NCBI GenBank assembly: GCA_021817065.1
Contig: JAKAWH010000001.1
Location: forward strand, 8,917-72,916
Length of the DNA stretch: 64,000 nt
Direction: 5' to 3'
Source: Actinomycetes bacterium
GTDB lineage: Bacteria > Actinomycetota > Acidimicrobiia > Acidimicrobiales > JAKAVM01
In this document: piece by piece, positions 1 through 9,174 of the stretch
Layout: every line of letters begins with the position of its first letter
Numbering within the stretch: position 1 is the first letter of the stretch
Translations under genes and position numbers: made by a program
The notes under the pieces: generated by a model
The model's input: only the letters and a program-made list of their open reading frames with translations
What the model was told of the DNA's origin: nothing
Databases searched by the model: none

Positions 1-1
1 T

Positions 2-76
2 CCCGGCGTCGACGAGGCTACCGAGGAACTGTGGCACCTGGTGGCTGCCACCTTCGGCATCCGCAGCGCCGGTTAG
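2..76 (+). CDS. 3' end of an unidentified CDS that runs off the window start
   Basis: Frame 2 reads PGVDEATEELWHLVAATFGIRSAG then TAG at 74-76. It is protein-like, but only 24 codons are visible and no family can be assigned. Confidence 0.25.
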   Translation, partial: PGVDEATEELWHLVAATFGIRSAG

Positions 77-219
77 GTTGTGCCATCACGGCGAACGGTC
101 CGGGAGCGATGAGCGAGCCCGCAGCGATCCGGGGGTCTGGGAGCGAGGGAGAAACCCAGAACGCCGCCGGGCAGTGACGGATCAGTCCGGCGGCGCTACG
201 GACCTGGGCTCGGGGAAGC

Positions 220-1266
220 TCAGTGGGAGTGCTCGCCACCTCGCGCATCGTTGGGCGATCCGGCGTGGGATGGCATGCCGCCACCGGGGTGGTTGAAGGC
301 CGGTTCGTAGGTGGTGCTCGGCGTGTGTTCGCCGTGGGAGTCTGACGAGGAGCCGAAGTCCGACGACCGGTCGTTCGGAAGGCTGGACGGGGGACCCCCT
401 TCACTGTCGGTCGGGGAGCCGTCATTCGATGGAACGTGCCCAGATCCGCGGTTGGAGTCGCCGTAGCCCGGATGCTCCACGTCGGTGCAGTACTGGGTCA
501 CCGACTCTCCTTTGGCACGTGCTTCCGCGGCAAGCTCCTGGAACGCGGTCGCGTTGCCAGGACCGGAACCACCGCTTGCCGCGGTAGTGGTGGCGCCTCC
601 GGAACCCGGAAGGGTGGACGTGGTCGTGGTGGCTGCCAAGGTTGTCGTGGTTCTCGCGTCGCCGGTGGTTCCCGTGGCCGCGCCGGAACTACTCGCATTA
701 CGATTGGGATCCAGGTAGGCGGTGCACAGACCGAAGAGGTTCTTGCCTGAGGCGAATCCGGCAGGCAACGAGATGCTCGTCGTCGTGGACGTGGAGGCTT
801 CCGTGGTGCTGGTGGCGGAGGAGGCGTCGGGATCGGGAATCGGGATCCCGACGTGCGAGGCCGCGCTGGAGATCGCCGACTGGACCGGTGAGGGAAATGA
901 TCCGGTTGCCGCTGCGGCGACTCCTCCCCCGACGGCCATTGTGGCCGCGACCGCCGCCGCTTTGGCCGAAAGCAATTTGCCTAGCATTGTCTTCCTTTCT
1001 GCTCCTGGGAGGGCACCCGAATGGGCGCCGGACGCGATGCCGGAGGAAGTGTGAACAGCAGCGACAAAGGCGGAGACCACTGCTGCTTCGGAAGTGAGTT
1101 CCCCGAAGGTGGCCGGGCCCTGGGCGGCATGGATGAGGTGTGCCAAACGTTGAGCCCCCCCGGGGGCATCGTCGGCATCCATCCGGCCTGCCAAGAGGGA
1201 GTCCGCGGTGTCACTGTCGAATGGGTTCCACGACATCTCACCATGAAGATCGCCGGCGGGTCTCAT
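220..1266 (-). CDS. putative anti-sigma factor / membrane protein coupled to the ECF sigma gene
   Basis: I used the internal ATG at 1266 of the 469-aa ORF (MRPAGDLHGEMSWNPF...). It overlaps the sigma gene stop as ATGA. There is one hydrophobic helix (AAAVAATMAVGGGVAAAATG), then a Ser/Thr/Gly-rich and His-rich tail. Function is inferred from position only. Confidence 0.5.
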   Translation of the reverse strand: MRPAGDLHGEMSWNPFDSDTADSLLAGRMDADDAPGGAQRLAHLIHAAQGPATFGELTSEAAVVSAFVAAVHTSSGIASGAHSGALPGAERKTMLGKLLSAKAAAVAATMAVGGGVAAAATGSFPSPVQSAISSAASHVGIPIPDPDASSATSTTEASTSTTTSISLPAGFASGKNLFGLCTAYLDPNRNASSSGAATGTTGDARTTTTLAATTTTSTLPGSGGATTTAASGGSGPGNATAFQELAAEARAKGESVTQYCTDVEHPGYGDSNRGSGHVPSNDGSPTDSEGGPPSSLPNDRSSDFGSSSDSHGEHTPSTTYEPAFNHPGGGMPSHAGSPNDARGGEHSH

Positions 1267-1841
1267 CGCGTTATGGGTCCCTCCTGCCACATCTTGCTGA
1301 GCCTCCTCATGGCCCGGAACTGAAGGATCCGGATCGCGCCGGGACTGCGGCCGGTCACCTGGGCGACTTGGGCCACATCGAGGTCGGCGAGCACCCGCAG
1401 TAGTGCGACATCGGCCTGCTCGGCGGTGAGGTCCTTCACCAGCCGGTCGACTGCCTCCTGGGCGGAAAGGGCTGCGATGGCTAGGTCCTCGACGTCGCCG
1501 GCTATCCAATCGGCAGTACCGGCCGAGCCGTGTTGCTCCTCGGTTGCGTCCAGGCTCACCGTTGCGATGCGTCGGCCAACGGAGCGGTAGTGGTCCGCCA
1601 CCCGCCTGCGGGCGATCGTGAAAAGCCATCCCCGAAAGTCGTCCCCGTCTCCCTCGAACCGGGCCAGACCGCGAGCTACCGAAAGCCAGGTCTCCGAGGC
1701 GATGTCGTCTGCAGCATCCGGCGCCCGGTTCCGCAGGTACCGGAGAAGGCGCGGCTGCAGATTACGGAAAAGTTTGCTCACCGACTCCTCGTCCCCCATG
1801 CGAGCTCGGTCGAGTGCTTCGGAAAGGTCAGGGATCTCCAT
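1263..1841 (-). CDS. ECF-type RNA polymerase sigma-70 family factor
   Basis: Region-2-like DIASETWLSVARGLARFEGDGDDFRGWLFTIARRRVADHYR and region-4 HTH LDVAQVAQVTGRSPGAIRILQFRAMRRL. The ATG at 1841 (MEIPDLSE) is preferred over the ORF-track start at 1934. Confidence 0.85.
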   Translation of the reverse strand: MEIPDLSEALDRARMGDEESVSKLFRNLQPRLLRYLRNRAPDAADDIASETWLSVARGLARFEGDGDDFRGWLFTIARRRVADHYRSVGRRIATVSLDATEEQHGSAGTADWIAGDVEDLAIAALSAQEAVDRLVKDLTAEQADVALLRVLADLDVAQVAQVTGRSPGAIRILQFRAMRRLSKMWQEGPITR

Positions 1842-2042
1842 TGGCTTCCGGACCCTTAACGACCGGAAAATCCGCAATACGCCGGCCGGGTTGGCGATGG
1901 CGAAGCATTCGAATTCGCGAAAGAAGGCATCCACATGGTTTTCGAGGAAACCGCCGTCCGGGACAGACCTTTCGGCGAGGTGGTTCCCACCCCCCGATCA
2001 GGGGCCGGGCGGCCGGGTCGGTCCGCGTGGCAAGATTCCAAA

Positions 2043-3227
2043 ATGGATCCATTTGCTCCTGCCCGGCTCGGCCCGATCGAGCTGCGCAATCGTTTCGTCA
2101 AGGCGGCCACTTTCGAGGGGATGACCCCCGATCACATCGTTTCCGACCGGCTGATCGAATTTCACCAGGCGATGGCCGCGGGGGGCGTCGGTCTGACCAC
2201 CGTCGCCTACTGCGCGGTTTCTAGAGAAGGGTGTGGCACCCCCAACGAGATCGTGCTGGGACCCGAGGCGGTGCCCGGGTTCGCTCGGTTGGCGGAGGCG
2301 GTTCACGCCGAAGGCGCCGCCCTGTCCGTCCAGATCGGACACGCCGGCGCGGTGGCAGCCGCCACCGGACATCGGGGGCGTTCGCCGTCGCCCATCTTCA
2401 GCCCGCTCGCCATGCGCCGCACTCGTTCAGTCGACGATTCCGATATCGACCGGATCACCGGCGAGTTTGGTGGTGCGGCGAAGCTTCTGGTCGACGCGGG
2501 GGTCGACGCGGTGGAAGTTCACCTGGGGCACGGGTACTTGCTTTCGGAATTCCTCAGCCCCAAGCTCAACCGGCGCCAGGACCGGTGGGGCGGACCGCTC
2601 GCCAACCGGTCGCGATTCCCCCGGCAAGTCCTCGACGCGGTGCGGTCCTCCACCTCCGGCCGCCTGGCGGTCATCGCCAAGGTGAACATGAGCGACGGGG
2701 TACCGGGCGGCTTCTGGCTGGACGAGAGCGTCGAATTCGCGCGGATGCTGGAATCGGACGGGAGCGTGGATGCCATCGAGCTCACTGCGGGCAGCTCGCT
2801 GGAGAACCCGATGTATCTTTTCCGTGGGGAACCGCCGATCCGTGAGATGTCCGCCGCTTTCCGGTTTCCAATGAATATTGGGTTACGACTTGTCGGAAAG
2901 AAGTTCCTCCATACCTACCCTTTCGAGGAGGCCTATCTTCTTCCCTTCGCGCGGCAGTTCCGCCAGGCGGTGTCGTTGCCGTTGATACTGCTGGGCGGGA
3001 TCAACCGGGCGGACACTGTCCAGAGCGCTCTCGACGAGGGCTTCGACTTCGTCGCGCTCGGCCGCTCGTTATTGCGAGAGCCGGACCTCGTCAACAAGCT
3101 CCGGGAGGGCTCGTCTCGCGCGTCGCTGTGCATTCACTGCAATAAGTGCATGCCGACCATCTACCGGGGCACCCACTGCGTGCTGGTGCCCGAGGCCGAG
3201 AGGCCCGGGCGGCGCCGGGCGAGCTGA
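2043..3227 (+). CDS. NADH:flavin oxidoreductase, Old Yellow Enzyme family
   Basis: MDPFAPARLGPIELRNRFVKAATFEG...GGVGLTTVAYCAVS...HAEGAALSVQIGHAG...EVHLGHGYLLSEFLSP is the typical OYE / 2,4-dienoyl-CoA-reductase-like N-terminal TIM barrel. The ATG at 2043 was chosen. Confidence 0.85.
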   Translation: MDPFAPARLGPIELRNRFVKAATFEGMTPDHIVSDRLIEFHQAMAAGGVGLTTVAYCAVSREGCGTPNEIVLGPEAVPGFARLAEAVHAEGAALSVQIGHAGAVAAATGHRGRSPSPIFSPLAMRRTRSVDDSDIDRITGEFGGAAKLLVDAGVDAVEVHLGHGYLLSEFLSPKLNRRQDRWGGPLANRSRFPRQVLDAVRSSTSGRLAVIAKVNMSDGVPGGFWLDESVEFARMLESDGSVDAIELTAGSSLENPMYLFRGEPPIREMSAAFRFPMNIGLRLVGKKFLHTYPFEEAYLLPFARQFRQAVSLPLILLGGINRADTVQSALDEGFDFVALGRSLLREPDLVNKLREGSSRASLCIHCNKCMPTIYRGTHCVLVPEAERPGRRRAS

Positions 3228-3289
3228 ACGTCACAGCAGCGCGAATCAACAGGGAGTTGCGAGGCCCGGGCGGCGCCGGGCGAGCTGAT

Positions 3290-6200
3290 TCAGGACGGCG
3301 CAAAGGCGACGATCGGATCCTGGGGCGGTTTGTTGCCGAGTGAGCCCACGAAACCGGCGTCCCCGAAGGCAAATACCCCTCCATCACCGGCCACCATCCA
3401 GTATCCCGCGCCGTCCCCGGTGACGACGATCCCGTTGACAGGTTTGGCCAGGGCGCTGACGATCGAGTTGGAGCCGCCGGGTGCTCGCGCCGGGTTCAGC
3501 TGGCCGGTAGATCCGTAGAAAGTCGCGTCCCCGAAGGTGAACAATCCTCCATCAGCGGCCACGATCCAGTAGCCCTTGCCGTCGGCGGTCGGGGCCATCG
3601 CGACCGCCGGCTTCACCAGATGGATGGAACCGGTCGACCCGTAAAAAGTAGCGTCCCCGAAGGTGAAGATTCCCCCGTCGCCAGCTAGCAGCCAGTATCC
3701 CCGACCGTCAGGGGTGGGGACCATGTTGACCACCGGCTTGTTGAGCTTCGCTCCTGCCATCGACCCGAAGCCCTGCGCGTCGCCGGCGGTGATCACCTGA
3801 CCCGTTGCCGTCGCCAGCCAGTAACCACCCCCGTCGGGGGTGGAGGCGATGGTTACCACGTTCGAGCCGGGCTGTCCGGAGAGTGTGTGGGCTCGTGCCG
3901 ACCCGAATGCGTCGACGAATCCGGCCGCGTTGACCACCCAATACCCGCCTCCCCCTGGTACTGGAGACATGGCGACCGCCGATCCGAGGTCAGTGGCAGA
4001 ACCGAACGCGGTGGCCGACCCGAAGGGGTACACAGTTCCCCCAGAATCGAGCATCCAGTAGCCGGCGGTGGTCCCGGTCGATGGCGGAGGCGGTGGGGGG
4101 GGAGCGGAGGAATAGACCACTTCGTCCACCCTCCCGTTGGCATCGGTATAGCCGAAGCCGCTCCGTGCGGCGTACTCTCCGACATAGACATTCCCCGAGC
4201 CATCGACCGCGATCCCGACCGGCACCGCGAGTTCTGCGCCGGTGGCGGGTCCGCCCTCCCCGGCGATCCCGTTCTGCCCGGTTCCCACCGCCGTCGAGAT
4301 GGTGCCGCTCCCCGCAGCGACCTCACGCACCCGGTGGTTGGCCGAATCGGCGATCCACAGGTTTCCCGCGGCATCCATCGCCACGCCTGCCGGTGTATCG
4401 AGTTCCGCGCCGGATGCAGGACCCCCGTCGCCAGAGAAACCAGCGGTACCGTCCCCAGCGATGGTATATATATCGTTGGCAGACATGACAATGCCGTACT
4501 GGTTGGTGCTGGACGCGGGCACCTCTCGGACGCTGTCGTTGCCGCGGTCGGCGACAAGGAGGTCCCCGGCAGGATCGGTCGCCACTCCCGAGGGATCGTT
4601 CAGCGTAGAAGCAGTTGCCGGCCCTCCGTCTCCCGAGTAGCCGGCATTGCCGTCTCCGGCAACTGAGTAGATGTTTCCGGCGGCCATGGCGATCCCGAAA
4701 TGGGACCCGGAAGCAGCCGGGATTTCGAGTACCCGGTTGCCCTTCCCGTCGGCTATGAAGAGATCGCCCGCGGAGTCGACCGCGACGGCGGTGGGGTCGG
4801 ACAGGCCCGCTGAACCAGCCGGCCCTGCAAATCCGGAATCGACGTTCTGCCCATTACCGGCCACGGTAGAGATGGTGTCCGAGCTTACGGCGATCTTGCG
4901 GATCCGGTAGTTGTGGCTGTCGGCGATGTACACGTTACCGGTCGCATCGACAGCGACGCCGATGGGCATGGACAGCTCGGCGCCGGTTGCCGTCCCCCCG
5001 TCCCCCGAATATCCGCCTGCCGCGTAGATTCCCCCGACACCGTGACCTAGTCCGGCCACAGTGGAGATGGTGCCGTCCGGGGCGATTTTTCGCACAACGT
5101 TGTTCACCGCGTCGGTGACGAAGAGGTCTCCGGAGCGGTCGAAAGCTACTCCGACCGGTGCGCCGAATTGGGCGTCGGATGCCGGACCGCCATCGCCGGA
5201 GAAGCTGAAAGTTCCATTGCCGGCGATCTGCTCGATTATCCCGGTGGCAGGATCGATCGTCCGGATGGTGGAGGAGTCGCTGACCATGAGATCGCCACCC
5301 GTGCCGACTCCCAACCCGGTCGGCAGGCTGAGGTTGGCATCGGCGGCCGGGCCTCCGTTGCCGCTGTCGCCCCCGGTCCCGTTCCCCGCGTATGTCGCGA
5401 TCGCTCCGGTGGCCGTGTTCACCACCCGGACACGGTCGTGGTAGTAGTCGGTGATGTAGAGATTGCCATCGGCTCCAGTCATGGCGTCGACCGGGTCAGA
5501 GAGCGTGGCCTGGGTCGCCGGGCATCCGTCGCCGACGGTGTCCGTCGCGGCGGCGCACACCGAGGTCGAGGTCCCGCCCGCCACCGTGTAAATGTCCCCT
5601 GCTTTCATCGCGATGCCGAAGAAAGTACCCGATTGCGCCGGGATCTCCCGCACCGGAGCCGCCTGGCGGAAGAAGTCCTCGGTCACGAACAGGTTGCCCG
5701 ACGGATCGACGGACACACCCTGGGGTGTTCCGATCTCCGCAGAGGTGGCCGGCCCGCCGTCCCCGGAGTCGGCGAGGATCCCGCCGGTACCGTCGCCCGC
5801 GATTGTGTAGATGTCCCCCGCCGTCATAGCGATGCCGAAGGCGGTGTGATCGGTCGCTGCGATCGCGCGCACACGTCCGTTGTAGGAGTCGGCCACCACC
5901 ACGTCGCCTTCGGTATCGAGGCTCAACCCTTCGGGGAGGGAGAGCTTCGCAGAGGTGGCCGGCCCACCGTCGCCTGAGAACCCCGCCATGCCCGATCCCG
6001 CCACCGTGTAGATGTCCCCTGCATTCATCGGGATGCCGAAGAAGGTGCCCGAGTGAGAGGGGATCTCGCGAATCCTTTCGTTGTTCTGATCGGTCACGAA
6101 GACGTCCCCGGCAGAATCGGTGGCGATGCCGGCCGGTTGGTTGAGCTCGGCGGAGCTCGACGGCCCCCCGTCGCCCCCGTAGCCGAAGAAGCCAGTCCCA

Positions 6201-6529
6201 GCCAGGGTCGTCTCTGCCCCGGTGGCGGTGTCGATCGTCCGAACCGCGTTGCCGGTGAGGTCGGACACGTAAACCTCCGAGCCGGATACCGAGAAGTAGT
6301 AGGGACTCTGGCCCACGCCAAGTGCCTGGCCCGAACCGGTGCCGCCGGCAGCAGTGATCAGTGAGGGCGAAACACCGTCAGCCGGCGCGGGTGCGTTGCC
6401 TACGATCGGGAGCAAGGCGACCGCCACCATCGCCAGGGCGGTCACCGTTGTTCGTGTGAGCATCCGAGCGCTCTTCGTGCATTCCATCCGCAATATCATT
6501 CCGCGGATTCGCCCTGCCCGCCGGCCCAT
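3290..6529 (-). CDS. large secreted repeat protein: about 11 NHL-type repeats, a poly-Pro linker, and six C-terminal GYW..DGG.F.FGDA.F.GS repeats
   Basis: Signal-like N-terminus (MLTRTTVTALAMVAVALLPIVGNAPAPA; alternative start 6463). The unit [SG]GDGGPA..A.L..P.G[VI]..D..G[ND][LV][FY][VI][AT]D..N.R[VI]R recurs. PPPPPPP lies near aa 810. Six units of about 45 aa follow, such as KGYWIVAADGGLFTFGDATFYGST. Confidence 0.85.
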   Translation of the reverse strand: MGRRAGRIRGMILRMECTKSARMLTRTTVTALAMVAVALLPIVGNAPAPADGVSPSLITAAGGTGSGQALGVGQSPYYFSVSGSEVYVSDLTGNAVRTIDTATGAETTLAGTGFFGYGGDGGPSSSAELNQPAGIATDSAGDVFVTDQNNERIREIPSHSGTFFGIPMNAGDIYTVAGSGMAGFSGDGGPATSAKLSLPEGLSLDTEGDVVVADSYNGRVRAIAATDHTAFGIAMTAGDIYTIAGDGTGGILADSGDGGPATSAEIGTPQGVSVDPSGNLFVTEDFFRQAAPVREIPAQSGTFFGIAMKAGDIYTVAGGTSTSVCAAATDTVGDGCPATQATLSDPVDAMTGADGNLYITDYYHDRVRVVNTATGAIATYAGNGTGGDSGNGGPAADANLSLPTGLGVGTGGDLMVSDSSTIRTIDPATGIIEQIAGNGTFSFSGDGGPASDAQFGAPVGVAFDRSGDLFVTDAVNNVVRKIAPDGTISTVAGLGHGVGGIYAAGGYSGDGGTATGAELSMPIGVAVDATGNVYIADSHNYRIRKIAVSSDTISTVAGNGQNVDSGFAGPAGSAGLSDPTAVAVDSAGDLFIADGKGNRVLEIPAASGSHFGIAMAAGNIYSVAGDGNAGYSGDGGPATASTLNDPSGVATDPAGDLLVADRGNDSVREVPASSTNQYGIVMSANDIYTIAGDGTAGFSGDGGPASGAELDTPAGVAMDAAGNLWIADSANHRVREVAAGSGTISTAVGTGQNGIAGEGGPATGAELAVPVGIAVDGSGNVYVGEYAARSGFGYTDANGRVDEVVYSSAPPPPPPPSTGTTAGYWMLDSGGTVYPFGSATAFGSATDLGSAVAMSPVPGGGGYWVVNAAGFVDAFGSARAHTLSGQPGSNVVTIASTPDGGGYWLATATGQVITAGDAQGFGSMAGAKLNKPVVNMVPTPDGRGYWLLAGDGGIFTFGDATFYGSTGSIHLVKPAVAMAPTADGKGYWIVAADGGLFTFGDATFYGSTGQLNPARAPGGSNSIVSALAKPVNGIVVTGDGAGYWMVAGDGGVFAFGDAGFVGSLGNKPPQDPIVAFAPS

Positions 6530-8117
6530 CCGCCGACAAACCCGGGTCCGCCGACAAACCAGAGTCCGCCGACAAACCAGAGTCCGCCGCCTGTCCCGGG
6601 TCCGGTGCGGAGAACACCATCGCAGGGTCGTCGATCCGCCGGAGCTTCATGGCGATGAAGTCGGAGAGGTAGCTCTGGTGGACCTGCCATGGGTAGGCGG
6701 AGCCCTGCTTGGGGAAGCGGTCCGCCGAACGGAGCACATACCCGGCGGAGAGGGGAAGGAGGGGCTGGGCCACTACCGTGGGGTCGGAGTTGGTCGGGGT
6801 GCATTGGGGGGTTCCCTTCGCGCGCATCCGGTTGAGGAGGCGTGCCACGTAGTCACAGGTCAACTCGCATTTGAGGGTCCACGACGCATTGGTGTAGCCG
6901 ACAGCCACAGCGAAGTTCGGCACACCTTCGAGCATCATGCCCTTGTAGGTGAGCTTGCCGGCGATGTCGACCGCCTCCCCGTCGACGGAGAGTTCCATGC
7001 CTCCGACGAATAGAAGCTCCAACCCGGTGGCGGTGACGATAATGTCAGCTTCCAATTCCCCCCCCGATGCAAGGAGCAGGCCATTGGGGGAAAAGGTGTC
7101 GACGTGATCGGTGACCACTGTCACCGTGCCCGCTCGGATCGCCCGGAAGAGGTCCCCGTCGGGGACGATGCACAATCTCTGGTCCCAGGGATTGTAGGAG
7201 GGGGTGAAATGGGTGTCGATGTCGTAGCCGGCGGGCAGCATCGCCCGGAGCTGGCGGCGGAGCAGGCGCTTGACCAATGTGGGACGGTGGCGGCTCAGCC
7301 GGTAGAAGGCCTGGGTGGTAAGGGCCTTGAACCACCGGGCCCCTGGGCCGGACAGACGGTGCGGGAGCAGCCGCCGCAGCACGTTGACCACCGGGTCATT
7401 CGCCGGCAGCGACGCGATATAAGTGGGGGAGCGCTGCAGCATGGTGACGTGATCCGCACGAGCGGCGAGGGAGGGAACCAGGGTGACGGCGGTGGCGCCG
7501 CTGCCGATCACCACCACCCGCTTGCCGGTGTAATCGAGGTCCTCCGGCCAGTTCTGGGGATGCACGATGGTGCCCGCGAAAGTGTCCATGCCTGCGAACT
7601 CGGGCAGGTAGCCGCGGTCGTAGCGGTAGTAGCCGCTGCAGGAGAAAAGGAACCCGCAGGTGATCTCGACCGTCTCCCCGGTGTCGGACCTCATCGCGAT
7701 GACGTGCCAGCGGGCTTCCGCGCGGTGCCAGTCTGCCTGGATGACCCTGTGGTGGAAGCGGATGCTTCGGTCGATACCCGATTCGGAGGCGGTGTCGACG
7801 ATGTAGCGCAGGATCGAGTCGCCGTCGGCGATCGACGCGGCCCCGTCCCACGGCCGGAAGGAGTAGCCGAGGGTGAACATGTCGGAGTCCGAGCGGATCC
7901 CCGGGTACCGGAAAAGGTCCCAGGTGCCGCCGATCGCACCCCGCGCCTCGAAGATCGCATAGCGCGCCCACGGACACGTGGTCTGGATGTGGTGCCCGGC
8001 GCCGATTCCCGACAGCCCGGCTCCCACGATGAGGACGTCGAGGTGCTCCACGGGAGGCGTGGTCCCCGATGCCTCGGATCGCGAGGCAGGAGCGCCCGCA
8101 CCGGATGCCTCAGTCAA
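6378..8117 (-). CDS. flavin-dependent (Baeyer-Villiger / EthA-like) monooxygenase with a repeat-containing C-terminal tail
   Basis: FAD fingerprint VLIVGAGLSGIGAG, then FEARGAIGGTWDLFRYPGIRSDSD and a second dinucleotide fold VVVIGSGATAVTLVPSL. TTG start at 8117; an alternative GTG at 8051 gives MEHLDVLIVGAG. The last roughly 80 aa are low complexity (DSGLSA x3) and overlap the next gene. Confidence 0.85.
   Translation of the reverse strand: MTEASGAGAPASRSEASGTTPPVEHLDVLIVGAGLSGIGAGHHIQTTCPWARYAIFEARGAIGGTWDLFRYPGIRSDSDMFTLGYSFRPWDGAASIADGDSILRYIVDTASESGIDRSIRFHHRVIQADWHRAEARWHVIAMRSDTGETVEITCGFLFSCSGYYRYDRGYLPEFAGMDTFAGTIVHPQNWPEDLDYTGKRVVVIGSGATAVTLVPSLAARADHVTMLQRSPTYIASLPANDPVVNVLRRLLPHRLSGPGARWFKALTTQAFYRLSRHRPTLVKRLLRRQLRAMLPAGYDIDTHFTPSYNPWDQRLCIVPDGDLFRAIRAGTVTVVTDHVDTFSPNGLLLASGGELEADIIVTATGLELLFVGGMELSVDGEAVDIAGKLTYKGMMLEGVPNFAVAVGYTNASWTLKCELTCDYVARLLNRMRAKGTPQCTPTNSDPTVVAQPLLPLSAGYVLRSADRFPKQGSAYPWQVHQSYLSDFIAMKLRRIDDPAMVFSAPDPGQAADSGLSADSGLSADPGLSADGPAGRANPRNDIADGMHEERSDAHTNNGDRPGDGGGRLAPDRRQRTRAG
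6529..6589. repeat. 18-bp tandem repeat (tccgccgacaaaccagag) x3.4
   Basis: Copies start at 6529, 6547, 6565 and 6583 (the last partial). The repeat encodes DSGLSA x3 in the monooxygenase tail and lies at the 5' end of the NHL-repeat gene. Confidence 0.95.
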
Positions 8118-9027
8118 CTGCGGTCACCAGCTTGTCGTTCAACGTTCCGGCCTCGCCGAAGAGCTGGGTGCGCCAGGTCTCTTCCAGCTCGGAGGTGTCG
8201 AAGTCGTCCGGGTGGAACCCCGGCCGGTTGTAGGCGCGCAGCTTCTTCCACACGTCGCGCCGCACCAGGGACGATTGGCGGAAGGTGCGCCAGCTCTGGA
8301 GGAGGACGCCGCGCCGGTAGGTGTCGCGGTCGAGGAGGAGCGACAGTCCGATCTGGAAGGCCATCCCGATCAGGAACACCGCTGTGATCGCGTTCATGGT
8401 CCATCGCCGGGTTCGCTCGGTGCCGCCCACCGTCCGGAATACGTCGAAGGCGACCGCCTTGTGCTCCGATTCCTCCAGCGCATGCCACGTGAAGAGATCC
8501 CGCACCCCCTGGTGCCCGATCGAGTTCCGGACCTCCTCGTCGGTGAGCACCATCGCGGCCAGAGTGGCGGTGAAATGTTCGAGGGCGGCGGTCGTCCCCA
8601 GGTTGGAGATGGGACTGAGGAGCCGCTCGCGGAGTTTCAGGGCGCGCCGGACGATCCGGTCGACCAGGGTGGTCGGATAGCCGAGTTCGGCCAGCCGGTT
8701 GTTGAAGGCGCGGTGGGCGCGGCCGTGCATCGACTCCTGACCGATGAAGCCGGCGATCTGCCTCTTGAGGGCGGGGTCGGTCACCTGGTCCCGGTAGTGG
8801 CGCACCGAGCGGACGAAGTACTCTTCGCCTTCGGGGAAGACTGCCGAAAGTGCGGCGACTACGTGGCTGGAGATGAGATCGCCGCTTCCGGCGCTGTACC
8901 CCTGATCGCCGCTGCCGGCGAAGTGACGGGGAAGTTCGCGGAGCGATTCTTCGAAGGAGATCCGCCGGGTGGGGATCGTGCGGTGGGGGGCGGGCTTGGT
9001 CATCGAGGAGTGCCTCTCTTTCGGCAT
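8110..9027 (-). CDS. predicted metal-dependent hydrolase (PF10118-like)
   Basis: ISSHVVAALSAVFPEGEEYFVRSVRHYRDQVTDPALKRQIAGFIGQESMHGRAHRAFN and a later LEHFTA...ALEESEHKAVAFDV pattern. Its stop overlaps the monooxygenase TTG start by 8 nt, so the two likely form an operon. Confidence 0.65.
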   Translation of the reverse strand: MPKERHSSMTKPAPHRTIPTRRISFEESLRELPRHFAGSGDQGYSAGSGDLISSHVVAALSAVFPEGEEYFVRSVRHYRDQVTDPALKRQIAGFIGQESMHGRAHRAFNNRLAELGYPTTLVDRIVRRALKLRERLLSPISNLGTTAALEHFTATLAAMVLTDEEVRNSIGHQGVRDLFTWHALEESEHKAVAFDVFRTVGGTERTRRWTMNAITAVFLIGMAFQIGLSLLLDRDTYRRGVLLQSWRTFRQSSLVRRDVWKKLRAYNRPGFHPDDFDTSELEETWRTQLFGEAGTLNDKLVTAVD

Positions 9028-9058
9028 GCAGAGCGATCAGGATGACGAGAGCGTGTTA

Positions 9059-9073
9059 CTAACAGTACGTTAG
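9059..9073. promoter_or_regulatory. inverted repeat CTAAC-N5-GTTAG in the TetR / operon divergent region (candidate operator)
   Basis: Seen in the AT-richer 147-bp intergenic region 9028-9174. The arms are short (5 bp), so this is weak. Confidence 0.25.
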
Positions 9074-9174
9074 AGGATTTTATGAAATTAGTCAACCCCT
9101 CAAAAATTATCTGCTATTCTAGGTACCGTGACTTCTCTGACGGCTGAAGCCACCAGTCCCCTTGGGGCTTTCTG

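Noticed and set aside
1263-1934. The full 223-aa sigma-factor ORF and the full 469-aa downstream ORF (220-1629) as annotated by the track.
   Set aside because: The two would overlap by 367 nt. The internal ATGs at 1841 and 1266 give standard domain boundaries and an ATGA coupling.
6529-6589. The tandem repeats here, at 12633-12723 and at 60858-60889, as CRISPR arrays.
   Set aside because: The copies are directly adjacent with no spacers, there are only 2-3 copies, they lie inside or abutting coding sequence, and there are no cas genes.
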